A DNA stretch of 64,000 nt from Octopus vulgaris (GCA_951406725.2 OX597833.1:18786001-18850000), one strand, 5' to 3'. Positions 28,451 through 41,752 are shown, numbered from the stretch's first letter. Program-made: numbers and translations. The notes: generated from the letters alone by a model not told the origin.

Positions 28451-28885
28451 TGAATCAATACTTGTATCATAAATAAAGGAGAGATGATGTAACAAGTAAT
28501 GTTCATTAGATGTTAAAATACACATTAAAAGACATTGCTTCCAAACAATTTTTAAAATTATTTTAGTCCTGACTAAATAGGTTCTTTTTCTTCACAAGAA
28601 AACTAGGCCTAACTTTTATAGACATAATTTTTTTAATGTTAGCATCAACATAGAGGCATAACCCCATATTATGGCTACCTTAGGTTCAGAATTTTATCTT
28701 TGCAGACATTGTTAAGTATGACCACTAATTAGAGGATGTAATCTGTGATTTCACCCCCATGGACACTCAGATTTTAAGGATTTAAAAATTACTCATGTTT
28801 CTTACCAAAAAAGGTCACTTTTCAGCATTTGAGCTGAGATCAAAGGAGTTGACAAATTGAAAATTTGCAATCATTTTATATATAT

Positions 28886-29095
28886 TGTGACCTCGTGTGT
28901 ACTGTTGTCGACTTTTTTTTCCTCCGTCTTCCCTTCTCTGGATCTTTCCTTCTCCTATGTTTCCGACGAAGAGCTCCGCTCGAAACGTGAAACCCTCCTT
29001 CTTTCCTCCTTTCCTGAGCGTCCAATAATACTATATTTGTTCCACGTCCTTGCATTGTTGTGTTTTTTTTGTGCTTTCTTGTTTGGATTAACTAT
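28886..29095 (+). mobile_element. Penelope-like pseudo-LTR fragment with degenerate hammerhead (28959-28993)
   Basis: GTTT-CCGACGA-A-GAGC(TCC)GCTC-GAAACGTG-AAAC embedded in pyrimidine-rich sequence. Confidence 0.55.
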
Positions 29096-31029
29096 ATATA
29101 TATATATATATATGGCACGTAAAAAGCACCCACTACACTCGCGGAGTGGTTGACATTAGGAAGGGCATCCAGCTGTAGAAACTCTGCCAGATCAGACTGG
29201 AGCCTGGTGCAGCCCCTGGCTTCCCAGACCCCGGTCGAACCGTCCAACCCGTGCTAGCGCGGAAAACGGACGTTAAACGATGATGATGATATATATATAT
29301 CATCATCATCAACATTTGACGACCATTGTCCATGCTGGCATGGGTGGACAGTTTGACCAGGGCTGGCAAACAGGAAGGCTGCACCAGACTCCAGTCTGAT
29401 TTGGCATAGTTTCTATAGCCAGATGCCCTTCTTAATGCCAACCACTCCGAGAGTGTAATGGGTGCTTTTGTACGCCACCACCACAGGTCTCATTTGCGTG
29501 ACACCAGTATCTACCATAACTGTGATTTTACTTGGCTTGATGGATCTTTCTTCTCAGTCATTCGTCAATACTTCCATGGGGCCCAACACTCAAAAGGTGC
29601 TTTTCATGTGCCACCCAGCCTCCATAAGGTCCAATGCTCTAAAGGTACTTTTTACATGTAACTGGCACAGGTGCCAGTCATGAGACCAGCATCAGCCATG
29701 ACTATGATTTCACTTGGCTTGATGAGTCTTCTCAAGCACAGTATATTACCAAAGGTCTTGGTCTCTAGTCATTGGAGACCCTTCAGCAGTAATGGATCCT
29801 TCAACACAGCCTGACCCGAACACTAGAAATAGCAGCTGCTTCTCCCAACCTTAACAATGTGCTGACCCCCATCTTCCTCACTCAGCAACCCGCCTCGAAA
29901 AGGCAGAATCCTGCCCTACCTGTGTGTGCGTCACTGCTGCCCCTTATGGTCAGCCCCAAGTTCCAGTCAGCTCCCCAGCTGCTGACGTCATCCCATATTT
30001 ACCTCTACCACAGGCTCCCTCCACACAGACATATATATATGCTCTTTACTCTCTTTACTTGTTTCAGTCATTTGACTGTGACCATGCTGGAGCACCACCT
30101 TTAGTCAAGCAAATCGACCCCAGGACTTATTCTTTGTAAGCCAAGTACTTATTCTATCGGTCTCTTTTGCCGAACCGCTAAGTTACGGGGACATAAACAC
30201 ACCAACATCAGTTGTCAAGCGATGTCGGGGGGAGAAACACAGACACACAAACACATACACACACACATACATATATATATATACACACATATATACGATG
30301 GGCTTCTTTCAGTTTCCATCTACCAAATCCACTCACAAGGTTTTGGTCGGCCCATGGCTATAGTAGAAGACATTTGCCGAAGGTGCCACACAGTGGGACT
30401 GAACCCAGAACCATGTAGTTGGTAAGCAAGCTACTTACCACAAAATCCAGGGATCAAAGTGTAGGAAGAAAGTTAACTTTGAGCAATCCATAGTGAATAT
30501 AAAAAAATAGCTTTCAAGAACAATAGTGGTTTATTGAGACGTAAGGTTGCGGATTTTGAAGAGTAGCTGGTAGTAGACACTTCACTTGGATTTTACCACT
30601 TCTGAGGTTCTACTCGCTATGAAACATATGGAATAAGCTGTGGAATAAGCTGCCAGACGAGATGGTGAAGATGCCGACGACCGCTCGGTTCAAGGTCTCC
30701 CTTGACCTCAAGTGGCTTGAACTCTTTACATGAACACCACCCTGTACATAACCCCATGTCCTTCTACATGGCCTTGCTTTTTGCTTTTTGAGCCAAAAAA
30801 TTAACTAACTAACTAACTAACTAACTAACATATGTAGCTCGGATTTTCCCAGTGTTTAGGCATAAGCAAACTTTAGATTAGTTAGAGTATGTTTATGACA
30901 TATTTCAACATCTAATGGCAAATTCACTACAGTTACCATGGAGAGAAAATTGTCTTGTATGGTAAAAGTTGTAAAAACACCACTCGGGGATAATTTGAAG
31001 TAGTAGATAGATTCTGTTACCTGAGAGAC

Positions 31030-31370
31030 TAAGTAGGCAGTGGTGGAAGTTCTGAAAGTGTAGTTGCCAGGATAAGAGTGAGCTGGGTGAAGTTCAGAGA
31101 GCTTCTACCTTTGTTGGTAACTAAGGGCCTCTCTCAGATAAAATGCAGATTGTATGATGCCTGTGCGCATACAGCTATGTTACATGGCAGTGAAATACAG
31201 GCTTTGATTATACAGGACCTGTGAAGGCTTGAAAGTAATGAAGCTAGCATGATCCACCGGATGGATAATGTCAGAGGGCATACACAGCAGAATGTAAATG
31301 ATTTTTGAGGATAACTGGGTATAAGAGGCATCAGATGTTGGGTGCAAAAGAGAAGACTGTGCTGGTCTGG
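31030..31370 (+). mobile_element. Decayed RTE-like LINE fragment
   Basis: IRVSWVKFRELLPLLVTKGLS..IKCRLYDAC..TAMLHGSE matches an RTE C-terminal pattern. Other RTE-like pieces lie at about 15180-15420 and 39470-39780. Confidence 0.6.
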
Positions 31371-31769
31371 TTTTTACCTTTTACATTTATATATAACTAG
31401 CAGTATTGCCCGTTTTTATATCTTGATTTTTTTATTTTTCATGCAATTTACGCGTGGTGAACACAGTTCACGTCAAACAGCTGACTAAGTAAAGTCAATC
31501 TCTTTTGCTGACCTGCTAAGTTACAGGGACATGAACACACCAACACATGGAGGGGAAGCATAGACACACATAGATATATATAGTTGAACAAATCGACACT
31601 AGGACTTGTTCTTTGTAAGCCTAGCACTTATTCTATCGGCCTCTCCTGCCAAACTGCTATGTTATGGGGGTATAAACACATCAACACCAGTTATCAAGCA
31701 ATGGAAGACCAGCACAGACACACACATAAATATATACACATATATATACAACGGGCTTATTTCAGTATC

Positions 31770-32172
31770 TTATTTCTTTATTGCTCACAAGGGGGACAAA
31801 CAAGGACAGACAAACGGGTTAAGTCGATTACATTGACCCCAGTGCATAACTGGTACTTAATTTATCGACCCTGAAAGGATGAAAAGCAAAGTTGACCTTG
31901 GCAGGATTCGAACTCAGAACATAAAGACAGACGAAATACCTGTTTCTTTACTACCCACAAGGGGCTAAACACAGAGGAGAAAACAAAGACAGACAGATGG
32001 ATTAAGTCGATTATATTGACCCCAGTGCGTAACTGGTACTTATTTAATCAATCTTGAAAGGATGAAAGGCAAAGTCAACCTCGGCAGAATTTGAACTCAG
32101 AACATAGCGGCAGACGAGATACCGCTTAGCATTTCGCCCGGCATGCTAACGATTCTGCCAGCTTGCCGCCTT
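31770..32172 (-). mobile_element. tRNA-derived SINE family C (two tandem copies)
   Basis: Minus strand GGCGGCAAGCTGGCAGAATCGTTAGCATGCCGGGCG...GAGTTCAAATTCTGCCGAGGTTGACTTTGCCTTTCATCC. Other copies at about 20340-20535, 40185-40415 and 56915-57032. Confidence 0.8.
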
Positions 32173-32509
32173 ATTTCAGTTTCTGTCTACCAAATCCACT
32201 CACAAGGTTTGGGCTGGGTCGATGTTATAGTAGAAAACATTTGCCCAAGGTGAGACTGAATCCAGAACCATGTGGTTGGAAAGCAAGCTTCATACCACAC
32301 AGCCATGCCTTCTTTTAAACTTAGGTGTAAAACTGCTGTCTTTCATTAATTTCTCTCCTTTCAAATTTTTCTCCTGAAGAAGGACTATGAGTGAAATTTT
32401 AGATTTTTCACTCCTCACTCAAATTCCCTGCTCTCTACTGGTTTCACTATTCAATAAAAGAAAGTCTTGCTGATGCAGAATAACATCAGCCTCGTTGTTG
32501 TCTATTTGA

Positions 32510-33210
32510 TCATAATAATAATAATAATAAAATTATTGTATACAGTGCTCAGGTGCACCACAACTTGTCAAAAGTGCGTATAAAGCATATGCAGTAATGT
32601 ACAAATGTCTGGGAAATGAACAGTGTATGAGTCAGATACATGCTTGCATGTGTATGGAGGGGAGAAAATCAGGTGCAGTGTTGGCGAATTTCAAGAAGTA
32701 TGGAAGATTTGAAGGATGTAGTGCTCCGACAATTGTCAACTGATACAGGCAGTTTGTTCCATGCTTCAGCGACTCTTAGAGTGAAAAAATGTTTCCGAAA
32801 GTCATGGGAGCTGTGCTGTTTTATGACTTTGTAAATATGTCCACGGGTATTAGACAGGTGGAGTTTGAAATGGTGCTCAGAATCATTGTTAGTAATATCC
32901 TTAAATCCTTAAAAATGTTTTAGCCCGAAGGTTGCGGCCATGCTGGGGCACCACCGCTGAATGAGCTACACTAATATGTGAATCCACCTCTGATACGTGG
33001 CACTTGGTCAACAAGGGAGTTCAATGCCGCTGCCCGCATCTGCGTCTCCTGTCGTGAGGTAGGTTCATCAATAATTTTATGGGTGTCTGCCAAGTCAGCT
33101 GCCAGACATCGGAGTTTCAATGTATCCATGCCCAGGGAAGTAAGGCGTTCAGAATATGGCAAATGCCTGTTGGAGGGTAGAAGCGTCCTTTTTGTCTGAG
33201 GTATACCGTA
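32510..33210 (-). mobile_element. Second CR1-like LINE 3' fragment, interrupted by another retroposon end (about 32897-33070)
   Basis: PYSERLTSLGMDTLKLRCLAADLADTHKII with an (ATT)n tail. Related copies at 54835-55290 and 57160-57315. Confidence 0.75.
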
Positions 33211-35994
33211 TACATTCTTTGAATGGCAGTGTCAGAATATATGTCAGGCTGATCTTCTGCCAGAGTATCTTCCTTTCTTTATCTCCATATCATATTGTTT
33301 CATGTACAGTAAGACAGAACCTGATAGTACAGCAAGGTTTCTGCAAAGATATCATACTGGCACAGCTTGAAAAATAATGTTTCAAGTGTTGTATCTTTTG
33401 GACTTCATTCTCGTTGCACAGCTGTTGCTTGAATGATTTTCCAAAAGGAAAATGCTGTGGTGTATTTTATGAAGGAAAAAGGTAAAATAAAAAAAGTGTC
33501 AGAAACCTCATTGCTATGGGTATGCTGACCCCCACTGGAATTGAAGTGTCTTTCATCTTTTATAATTAACTTGTTTTAGTCATTAGACTACAGCTATGCT
33601 GGGGCACTGCCCTTACGAATTTTGGTCAGATGAATCAACCCCCACCCTCTTCAATACTTTTTTTTTTTAAAACCTGGTACTTATTATATCCTGCGATGGA
33701 CTGGCGTCCCGTCCAGCTGGGGGGTAGACATATGCCACAGAAACCAGGAAGCCCATGAGCCTGGCTAGGCTTGAAAAGGGTGACGTTTTTTTTTTATTAT
33801 TATATCTGCCTTTTTTGCTAAACCACTAAGTTACAGGGACATAAACACATTGGTGCCAGTTGTTGTGTGGTGGTAGGGGGACAAATACAGACATAAAGAA
33901 CCACACGTGCACATATTTATATATGTGTAGTGGAAACCACGACAGGTTGGTATATCTAATTAGAAAATGGAAAAGCATGCAACGTAAAAAAGTTAATTTT
34001 GGCCAGTATGTGTGTACACATTCTCATAGTAGTAATCCACAGATAGAGATAGAATGATGTTGTAAGAGAAAATAAATTGAGCTAGTGAAAGTTATAGAAT
34101 CGAAGGAAGTTGTGTCCCATTGATGGCTGATTATAATTTTCTTTCTCCCTCTGACCATTTGTCTTTAGTAACTGCCTATGTGCAACCATGATTCTAGTTG
34201 TCCGTTCACTAACTGATGGTTGCTCTCACTAACTCGGATTGCAGTGACTGAGTCCAGAACTTTGTAGCTGAAGAGAAAAAACAGTCACAATCTTAGCTAG
34301 GAAAAATAGTCACTGGAAAAAAGCTATACTTTATTTAAATACTATAAACAAAGTAATAAAGCAAAATATATTTCAAATCAGTTGTTAACTGACAGTACAT
34401 AGCTTGTAAAAAAATTTATGTATGATGGCATTGCACATATGTGAAAAATAAAATTTATTTAGTTTCTTAAGCAAAGTAACACAATGGAAACTAAAAGTTT
34501 AAGTCAGTCATTTATTGACAATACATAATGTGTACAGGTTGATTGGACACCTTGACATAATATAAGGGTATTACGTGTATATTCAGTATTTTTAATGTTG
34601 ATGACTAAGACGAATATTCCAGCAAATGCCACAAAGAAATTCAGCCACAGTCTTGTGGGTCTCCCATTGAACAATACACAAGTTAACCCTTTTGTTACTG
34701 TAATTATTTTGAGATGCTCTGTGTTTCTTTCAATTACTTTAAATATGATAAAGAATTTAGTAAAATTACTTAGTTATCATTAAGCTAATGTTAGGAACAT
34801 GAATTGTGACTAAGGTTTGGTGGAAGATTTTATTTCAAAACTTATGGAAACAAGACATTTGTACTCAGAGCCAGAGCCGGTTTCAGCCGGGTTGGTATTG
34901 AAAGGGTTAAGGAGGCATTCGTGTAGCTGTGACCCTGTTTTTCTGTGACTTTTTCACAAATTTGGAATCGGATAACTTATCATGGATGTTTTGTTTCATC
35001 GGATTAAACACTGCAGCATCAGATCTTTTATTGACATATTTGCAGGCATATTTAATGGACTTTATCTAATTGTTGTGTTGTGTTGTGACCCCCTTCGGTC
35101 ATGAATGACCATAGGATTGCACCAGAGTAGAGTGAAGAAGCTACACCTTTTCACAAGTTGCAAGCCATTTGACAGTACCTAATGGGAATGGAAATTATGT
35201 TTGCATAATTTTTTTTCTATAGTCATACTCTTTTACTTGTTTCAGTCATTTGGCTGCAGCCATGCTGGAGCACTACCTTTAGTCAAAGAAATCGCCCCCA
35301 GGACTTATTCTTTGTAAGCCTAGTACTTATTCTATCGGACTCTTTTGCCCAACCGCTAAGTGACAGGGACATAAACACACCAGCATCGGTTGTCAAGCGA
35401 TGCTGGAGGACAAACACACAAACATATACTCACACATACATACACACACACACATATATGCGACAGGCTTCTTTCAGTTTCCGTCTACCAAGTCCATTCA
35501 CAAGGCTTTGATCAGCCCGACGCTATAGCAGAAGACACTTGCCCAAGGTGCCACACAGTGGGACTGAACCCAGAACCATGTGGTTGGTAAGCAAGCTACT
35601 CACCACACAGCCACTCCTGCGCCTAATGCATCTGAAATGAAAGCATGTCATGCTTTATAAACATAGGAAAGGTTGCTTTCTTAGTTTTGTCTAAAATAAA
35701 TTAATTCTATTTTCAATGATTTTTAACATCTTCTCAATGTATCTAGGAATAAACTACATTCTTGAGGGCATGTAGTGCATGCTTGCATACCTGGAATGCA
35801 TGCCAATGGAAACATGTATAGTGATTAAAAAATAACTGTCCAACCATACTCCTTATCTTATTCAATTTTATTTTCACACATGATGAATGCCCAAACCTAG
35901 ACTTGGAAGTATATCGTAATACTACTGGCTGTTTGGTAATTCTAAGGGTGAACGAGTTCTATTTTGTACTCTGCTACGTTCCTAACAGAATATG

Positions 35995-36320
35995 TGGTCG
36001 ATGCCAGATCCATTTGACTAGCTCTTGTGCCGGTGGCACATAAAAAGCACTATCTGAATGTGGCCGATGCCAGTACCCCCTGACTGGCTCCTTTGCCGGT
36101 GGCACGTAGAAAGTACTATCTGAACATGATCGATGCCAGGACCACCTGACTGGCCCCTGTGCTGGTGGTACACAAAAAGCACTATCCGAATGCGATTGAT
36201 GCTAGGACTGCCTGAGTGGCCCCTGTGCTGGTGGCACGTAAAAAGAACTATCTGAACATGATCGATGCCAGGCCCACCTGACTGGCTCTTGTGCTGGTGG
36301 CATGTAAAATGTGCCCACTA
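35995..36320 (+). repeat. Five tandem 66-bp subunits at the 5' side of a family B element
   Basis: The unit gtggccgatgccagtacc.cctgactggc.cctgtgccggtggcacgtaaaaagcactatctgaa is repeated five times with divergence. Confidence 0.85.
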
Positions 36321-36489
36321 CACTTTTGGAATGGTTGATGTTAGGAAGGGCATCCAGCTGTAGAAACATTGCCTGATCAGATTGGAGCCTTGTGCAGCCA
36401 CTGGCTCTCCAGACCTCAACCCACGCCAGCATGGAAAACAGATGTTAAACAATGATGATGAGGAGGAGGAGGAAGAGGAGGTATGTCTC

Positions 36490-37020
36490 TTCTGTTTTTT
36501 AATTATTATAAATCTTCCACTAAGGAGGAAGCCAGTTTCCAACAAAGATTCAAGGCTCCATCTTTGGAATATAGTTAACACAGACAAATCCACATTTGGA
36601 ACTTGAGAATAGTCTTGCATGTTTTTACTGTTCCACTCGCAGATTGCACTTTTAATGTACAAATCTGCCAGTTGATTTCTCTTTCTGAAATTTCCAATTT
36701 ATCCAGATTCTCCTTTAAGCATTTACTAACAAAACCTAGTGCTCCAATTATTATTGGTATGAATATGAATACATAGTCTGGACATAGAAGCTGGAGGTTT
36801 CAAAACAGTTGTCCATAGATGTCCTCTTTTTCTTTGATTATCAAAGAGATATTTATATCTGCAGGACAGCTGACCTCTATGATGGTACATACCTTTGCCC
36901 CTCTGTCCCAAACAACAATATCTGGCCTGTTATGCTTACATTTGACAGAATTTTTAATGGGAATATTCCACCAGTATTCCTTGAGTTAGTGTTTATGAAT
37001 GTATTCCATAACAGAGAGAT
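36490..37020 (-). mobile_element. R4/Dong-like non-LTR retrotransposon 3' fragment (RLE endonuclease)
   Basis: Minus strand EYWWNIPIKNSVKCKHNRPDIVVWDRGAKVCTIIEVSCPADINI...KEKEDIYG...PIIIGALG is a PD-(D/E)xK restriction-like endonuclease with in-frame stops. Confidence 0.8.
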
Positions 37021-37740
37021 TTTCTAAGTTTGCATGTATGTATAAAATTTTTTTAAATCAATGGAAATTGTAGTTGTGATACCCGTGCCAGTGACACGTA
37101 AAAAGCACCAACCGATTGTGGCCGTTTGCCAGCCTCCTCTGGCCCCTATGTCGGTGGCACATAAAAGGCACCCACTACACTCATGGAGTGGCTGGAATTA
37201 GGAAGGGCATCCAGCTGTAGAAACTCTGCCAGATCAGACTGGAGCCTGGTGTAGCCTCCTGGCTTTCCAGACCCCGGTCAAACCATCCAACCCATGCTAG
37301 CATGGAAAACAGACGTTAAACAATGATGATGATGATGATGATGTATGTGAGGGAGAGAGGGAAACCTGCAGTTTCACATGACCACTGGTCATCTTGCTTT
37401 GAACTTTCCCTGGATACTAATCACAGAGACTGGGGAGTAGTACTTGTGTTACACAAACATCTATCACTATAATCCAGTGATATGCAGATGTCTCTTTGTA
37501 GTAGTGACCTCATTTATCTTTCTCTATCAACAGAAAGTGCTACAGTGATTGAAGAATGGCAATGTGTGCAGGCCTAACCAGCTGGAAGCCATGCAGATCT
37601 GCAACAGGACTGAACGGTCACTGGAAGGGCCATTGATGGAAAGTCAGAAATGTTAGTGACAATAAGGAAGAACAAGGTGACAGAAATTCTGTATGAAGAT
37701 GGAGCAGTTACCATGAATATGTGTGTGTGTGTGTGTGTGT

Positions 37741-37791
<51 letters not shown>

Positions 37792-37964
37792 TCAAATGAT
37801 TTATTACAAAATGAAAGTGATTATGAATCATGTTGGTAAAGTCTAAATGATTTATTTCTGACATAAAAATATGAAAACAAAATTATTTAACTTTCAGGGA
37901 AATACAAAGATTCTTCTTCATTTACAAAGATCTGGGCATGTATCTCACTTTAACTTGGTGAATA

Positions 37965-38912
37965 TTAAACCCTTTCATTACCAACCCGGCTGAAACCGGC
38001 TCTGGCTCTGTAGTACAAATGTCTTGTTTTCATAAGTTATGAATTAAAATCTTCCACCAAACTATAGTTACAATTTATGTTCCTAACACTAGCTTAATAA
38101 TAACTAAGTTATTTTACTAAATTCTTTGTTATATTTAAAATAATTGAAAGAAACACAGAGCATCTCAACAGAAATATGGTAACAAAAGGGTTAACAAATT
38201 ATTAATTTAACCCTTTCAATACCATCCCAGCTGAAACCACCTCTGGCTCTGTAGTACAAATGTCTTGTTTTCATAAGTTTTGAATTAATCTTCCACCAAA
38301 CCTTAGTTACAATTTATGTTCCTAACACTAGCTTAATAATAACTAAGTTATTTTACTAAATTCTTTGTTATATTTAAAATTAATTGAAAGAAACACAGAG
38401 CATCTCAACAGAAATATGGTAACAAAAGGGTTAACAAATTATTAATTTAACCCTTTCAATACCATCCCAGCTGAAACCACCTCTGGCTCTGTAGTACAAA
38501 TGTCTTGTTTTCATAAGTTTTGAATTAATCTTCCACCAAACCTTAGTTACAATTTATGTTCCTAACACTAGCTTAATAATAACTAAGTTATTTTACTAAA
38601 TTCTTTGTTATATTTAAAATTAATTGAAAGAAACACAGAGCATCTCAACAGAAATATGGTAACAAAAGGGTTAACAAATTATTAATTTAACCCTTTCAAT
38701 ACCATCCCAGCTGAAACCACCTCTGGCTCTGTAGTACAAATGTCTTGTTTTCATAAGTTTTGAATTAATCTTCCACCAAACCTTAGTTACAATTTATGTT
38801 CCTAACACTAGCTTAATAATAACTAAGTTATTTTACTAAATTCTTTGTTATATTTAAAATTAATTGAAAGAAACACAACATCTCAAAATAAATATGGTAA
38901 TGGAAGGGTTAA
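37965..38912. repeat. Tandem array of four TTAA (piggyBac-like) MITE copies, 240-bp period
   Basis: TTAACCCTTT...AAAGGGTTAA ends. 38221-38460 is identical to 38461-38700. Dispersed copies at 34683-34910, 52561-52788 and 55618-55844. Confidence 0.93.
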
Positions 38913-40830
38913 AGTAAAAGGTTGCCACCATTTTACCACCCCATTTACATTCACCTTCATGTACGCTGAGGGTATTCCAAGCACATCTACACCATCTTCT
39001 AAATCTCTGTCTGATGTCTGTCTGTCTCTCTATCTCTGTCAGTCTCTCTGTCTCTGTCTCTCTCTCTCTCACTCACTGATGTATGTATATTTATATATAT
39101 ACCTATCTACATACAATACCTATCTACATACATATACCTATCTACATACATATACCTATCTACATACAATGTTTCTTTCGGGGATGGGAGTGGGGTGTCT
39201 CACAGAATGTTTATACTTCTAATTGTGTTCAAACAGAACGAAAAGTAAATGAAGGCATATAAGTCAGAGACAGTAAAATACTTAATTAGCAGTTTGATTA
39301 ATTGTTGCTAATTAACAGTAGTAAAGCAAATGAGAAAGTCGTTGTTTAAAATCAAGCCCTCCCTTATCGAACAGTACAGTATTTATGTATTGATTTGAGC
39401 ACATGTACATATGTCTGTATGTACGTATGTATGTATGAGAGAGAGAGAGAGAGAGGTCTACTCTGATGACATGGATGGACAAGATGATGAATGAGAAGGT
39501 GTGAAGGCGAGCAGGAATGAGAGAAAAACTAACAACCAAAATGGATAGACAAATGTGAGGTGGTCTGACCACACGGAGATGATAGATGAGAAGTGTATGG
39601 TAAGGAGGGTGATGAAGGCAGAAGTGGTGGGCAGCAGAACCAGAGGTAGATCTCGGTTTGTGTGAATGGATGGGTGGAGTGAGGAAAGCTTTGGTGGTGA
39701 GAGGTGTTGGAGTAACACAGGGAAGAAAGTTTATAAATGATAGGAAAAGCTTAGAGAGTGTTTGTGGACGGATGAGTGAATTTGATGTTGCTCAAAGGGG
39801 TACAGAACCAGCATGATGCGATGGGGGTAAACCAGCATATGCTGCTGCCGGGCCCCACTGCTGATATTGGGGGTTCAGTTCTATGCCTTGACCCGAGCAT
39901 AGAATGAGGTTCGCCTCTTTGAGCTGGGAAATGAATGGAATACCTAGTGTGTGTCTGGCTGTGGTTACCCCCTTCTAGGTATATATAATAAATAAAAAAA
40001 TTAAGCACATGGCCAGAAATTTGGAGCAAAGGGATTAAGTTAATACTATTAACCCCAGTACTTTATTTATATTGATCTTGGAGGGACGCAAAGCAAAGTT
40101 GACTGTGGTGGAATTTGAACTCTGATTATAAAGAATTGGAAGAAATACTGCTATCTGTTCTGGTTGATGTTTTAACAATTCTTATTTCTTTATTGCCCAC
40201 AAGGGGCTAAACATAGAGGAGACAAACAAGGACAGACAAACGGATTAAGTCGATTACATCGACCTCAGTGCATAACTGGTTCTTAATTTATCGACCCCGA
40301 AAGAATGAAAGGCAATGTCAACCTCGGCGCAATTTGAACTCAGATTGTAGCAGCAGACGAAATACCACTAAGCATTTCGCCCAGTGTGCTAATGTTTCTG
40401 CCAGCTCGCTGCCTTCTTTAACAATTCTGCCTGCTTGCTGCCTTGGAGTAAATTAATAATGCTTTCTTTATAAAGGATTCCAGCTATGACCCTGCTTTTT
40501 TTGTTTCAAATATAGTGTACATAGGGTAACATTACTCAACGTAGCTTTTTTTTAAAGAAGGTAGCATGTAATTTGAGGGAGATTTGGCTACTACATCTGT
40601 TTGAGCAAATATTCTCTTTTACTCTTACTTGTTTCAGTCATTTGACTGCGGCCAAGCTGGAGCAGTGCCTTTAGTCGAGCAAATTGACCCCAGGACTTAT
40701 ACTTTGTCGGCCTAGTACTTATTCTATGGGTATCTTTTGCCGAACAGCTAAGTTACACGGACATAAACACACCACCATTGGTTGTCAAGCGATGTTGGTG
40801 GGACAAACACAGACACCATGGGCAAGTGTT

Positions 40831-41640
40831 GGATCTTTTCCTTTTGAACGGCAGTTTTCAACACAATTTCTAGTTAACTAAACACTTTTAAACTTCGTAT
40901 ACTGGTAGAATGTGTTTATAAAACATCATTTTTTCTTGGCTTTATTGAGAAAATTCTATATGTTGTAACATATTTCCACTTTAAAATCGAGCATTTCGGC
41001 AATTTTAACCAATCAAATACGTCCATTTCGAGTGAAAACATACCGTGCTGTATGAATATGCCCCTCATTTAAGAAACAGATTGGGTTTATTTACATTTGC
41101 GATGAAAAAAAGATACCCTTCCCCCACCCCTAAACCTAACCCTAAAATAGATTGAAATGCAATATATCGATACTAGGGTTATAATTATGGGTGACAATTT
41201 CATACGACACCGCTACGGAAAATGGGATTTTTTTCTAGCGGTGTCAAATGAAAATGTCACTCATAATTATAACCCTAGTATCGATCTATTGCATTTCAAT
41301 CTATTTTAGGGTTAGGTTTAGAGTTATGGTTAGGGTTAGGGGTGGAGGAAGGGTATCTTTTTTTCTTCGCAAATGTAAATAAACCCAATCTGTTTCTTAA
41401 ACGAGGGACATATTCATACAGTACGGTATGTTTTCACTCCAAATGAACGTATTTGATTGGTTAAAATTGCCGAAATGCTCGATTTTAAAGTGGAAATATC
41501 TTACAAACCATAGAATTTTCTCAATAAAGCCAAGAAAAAATGATGCTTAATAAACACATTCTACCAGTATACGAAGTTTAAAAGTGTTTAAATTTAACTA
41601 GAAATTGTGTTGAAAACTGCCGTTCAAAAGGAAAAGATCC
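40831..41640. mobile_element. 810-bp foldback (long-TIR, Mutator-like) non-autonomous transposon
   Basis: Arms of about 380 bp run GGATCTTTTCCTTTTGAACGGCAG... and ...CTGCCGTTCAAAAGGAAAAGATCC around a short spacer near 41215-41235. Flanked by caagtgtt / caagtgtc(t). Inserted in a family A SINE. Confidence 0.9.
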
Positions 41641-41721
41641 CAAGTGTCTTCTACTGTAGCCTCTCGGCTGACCAAAGCCTTGTAAGTGGATTTGGTAGAC
41701 GGAAACTGAAAGAAGCCTGTT

Positions 41722-41752
<31 letters not shown>

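Noticed and set aside
32372-32405. CTGAAGAAGGACTATGAGTGAAAT hammerhead-like remnant (also a partial motif near 3810-3830)
   Set aside because: Too degenerate, and stems I and III cannot be supported.
37524-37700. Plus-strand exon after the acceptor tttctctatcaacag
   Set aside because: All three frames stop within 15 codons and there is no recognisable homology; at most it is a non-coding exon.
37965-38912. Regular repeat array resembling CRISPR
   Set aside because: The units are whole MITE copies with no unique spacers, the context is eukaryotic, and there are no cas genes.
41128-41341. Interstitial telomere
   Set aside because: Only a few degenerate CCCTAA/TTAGGG units, mirrored as part of the foldback element arms.
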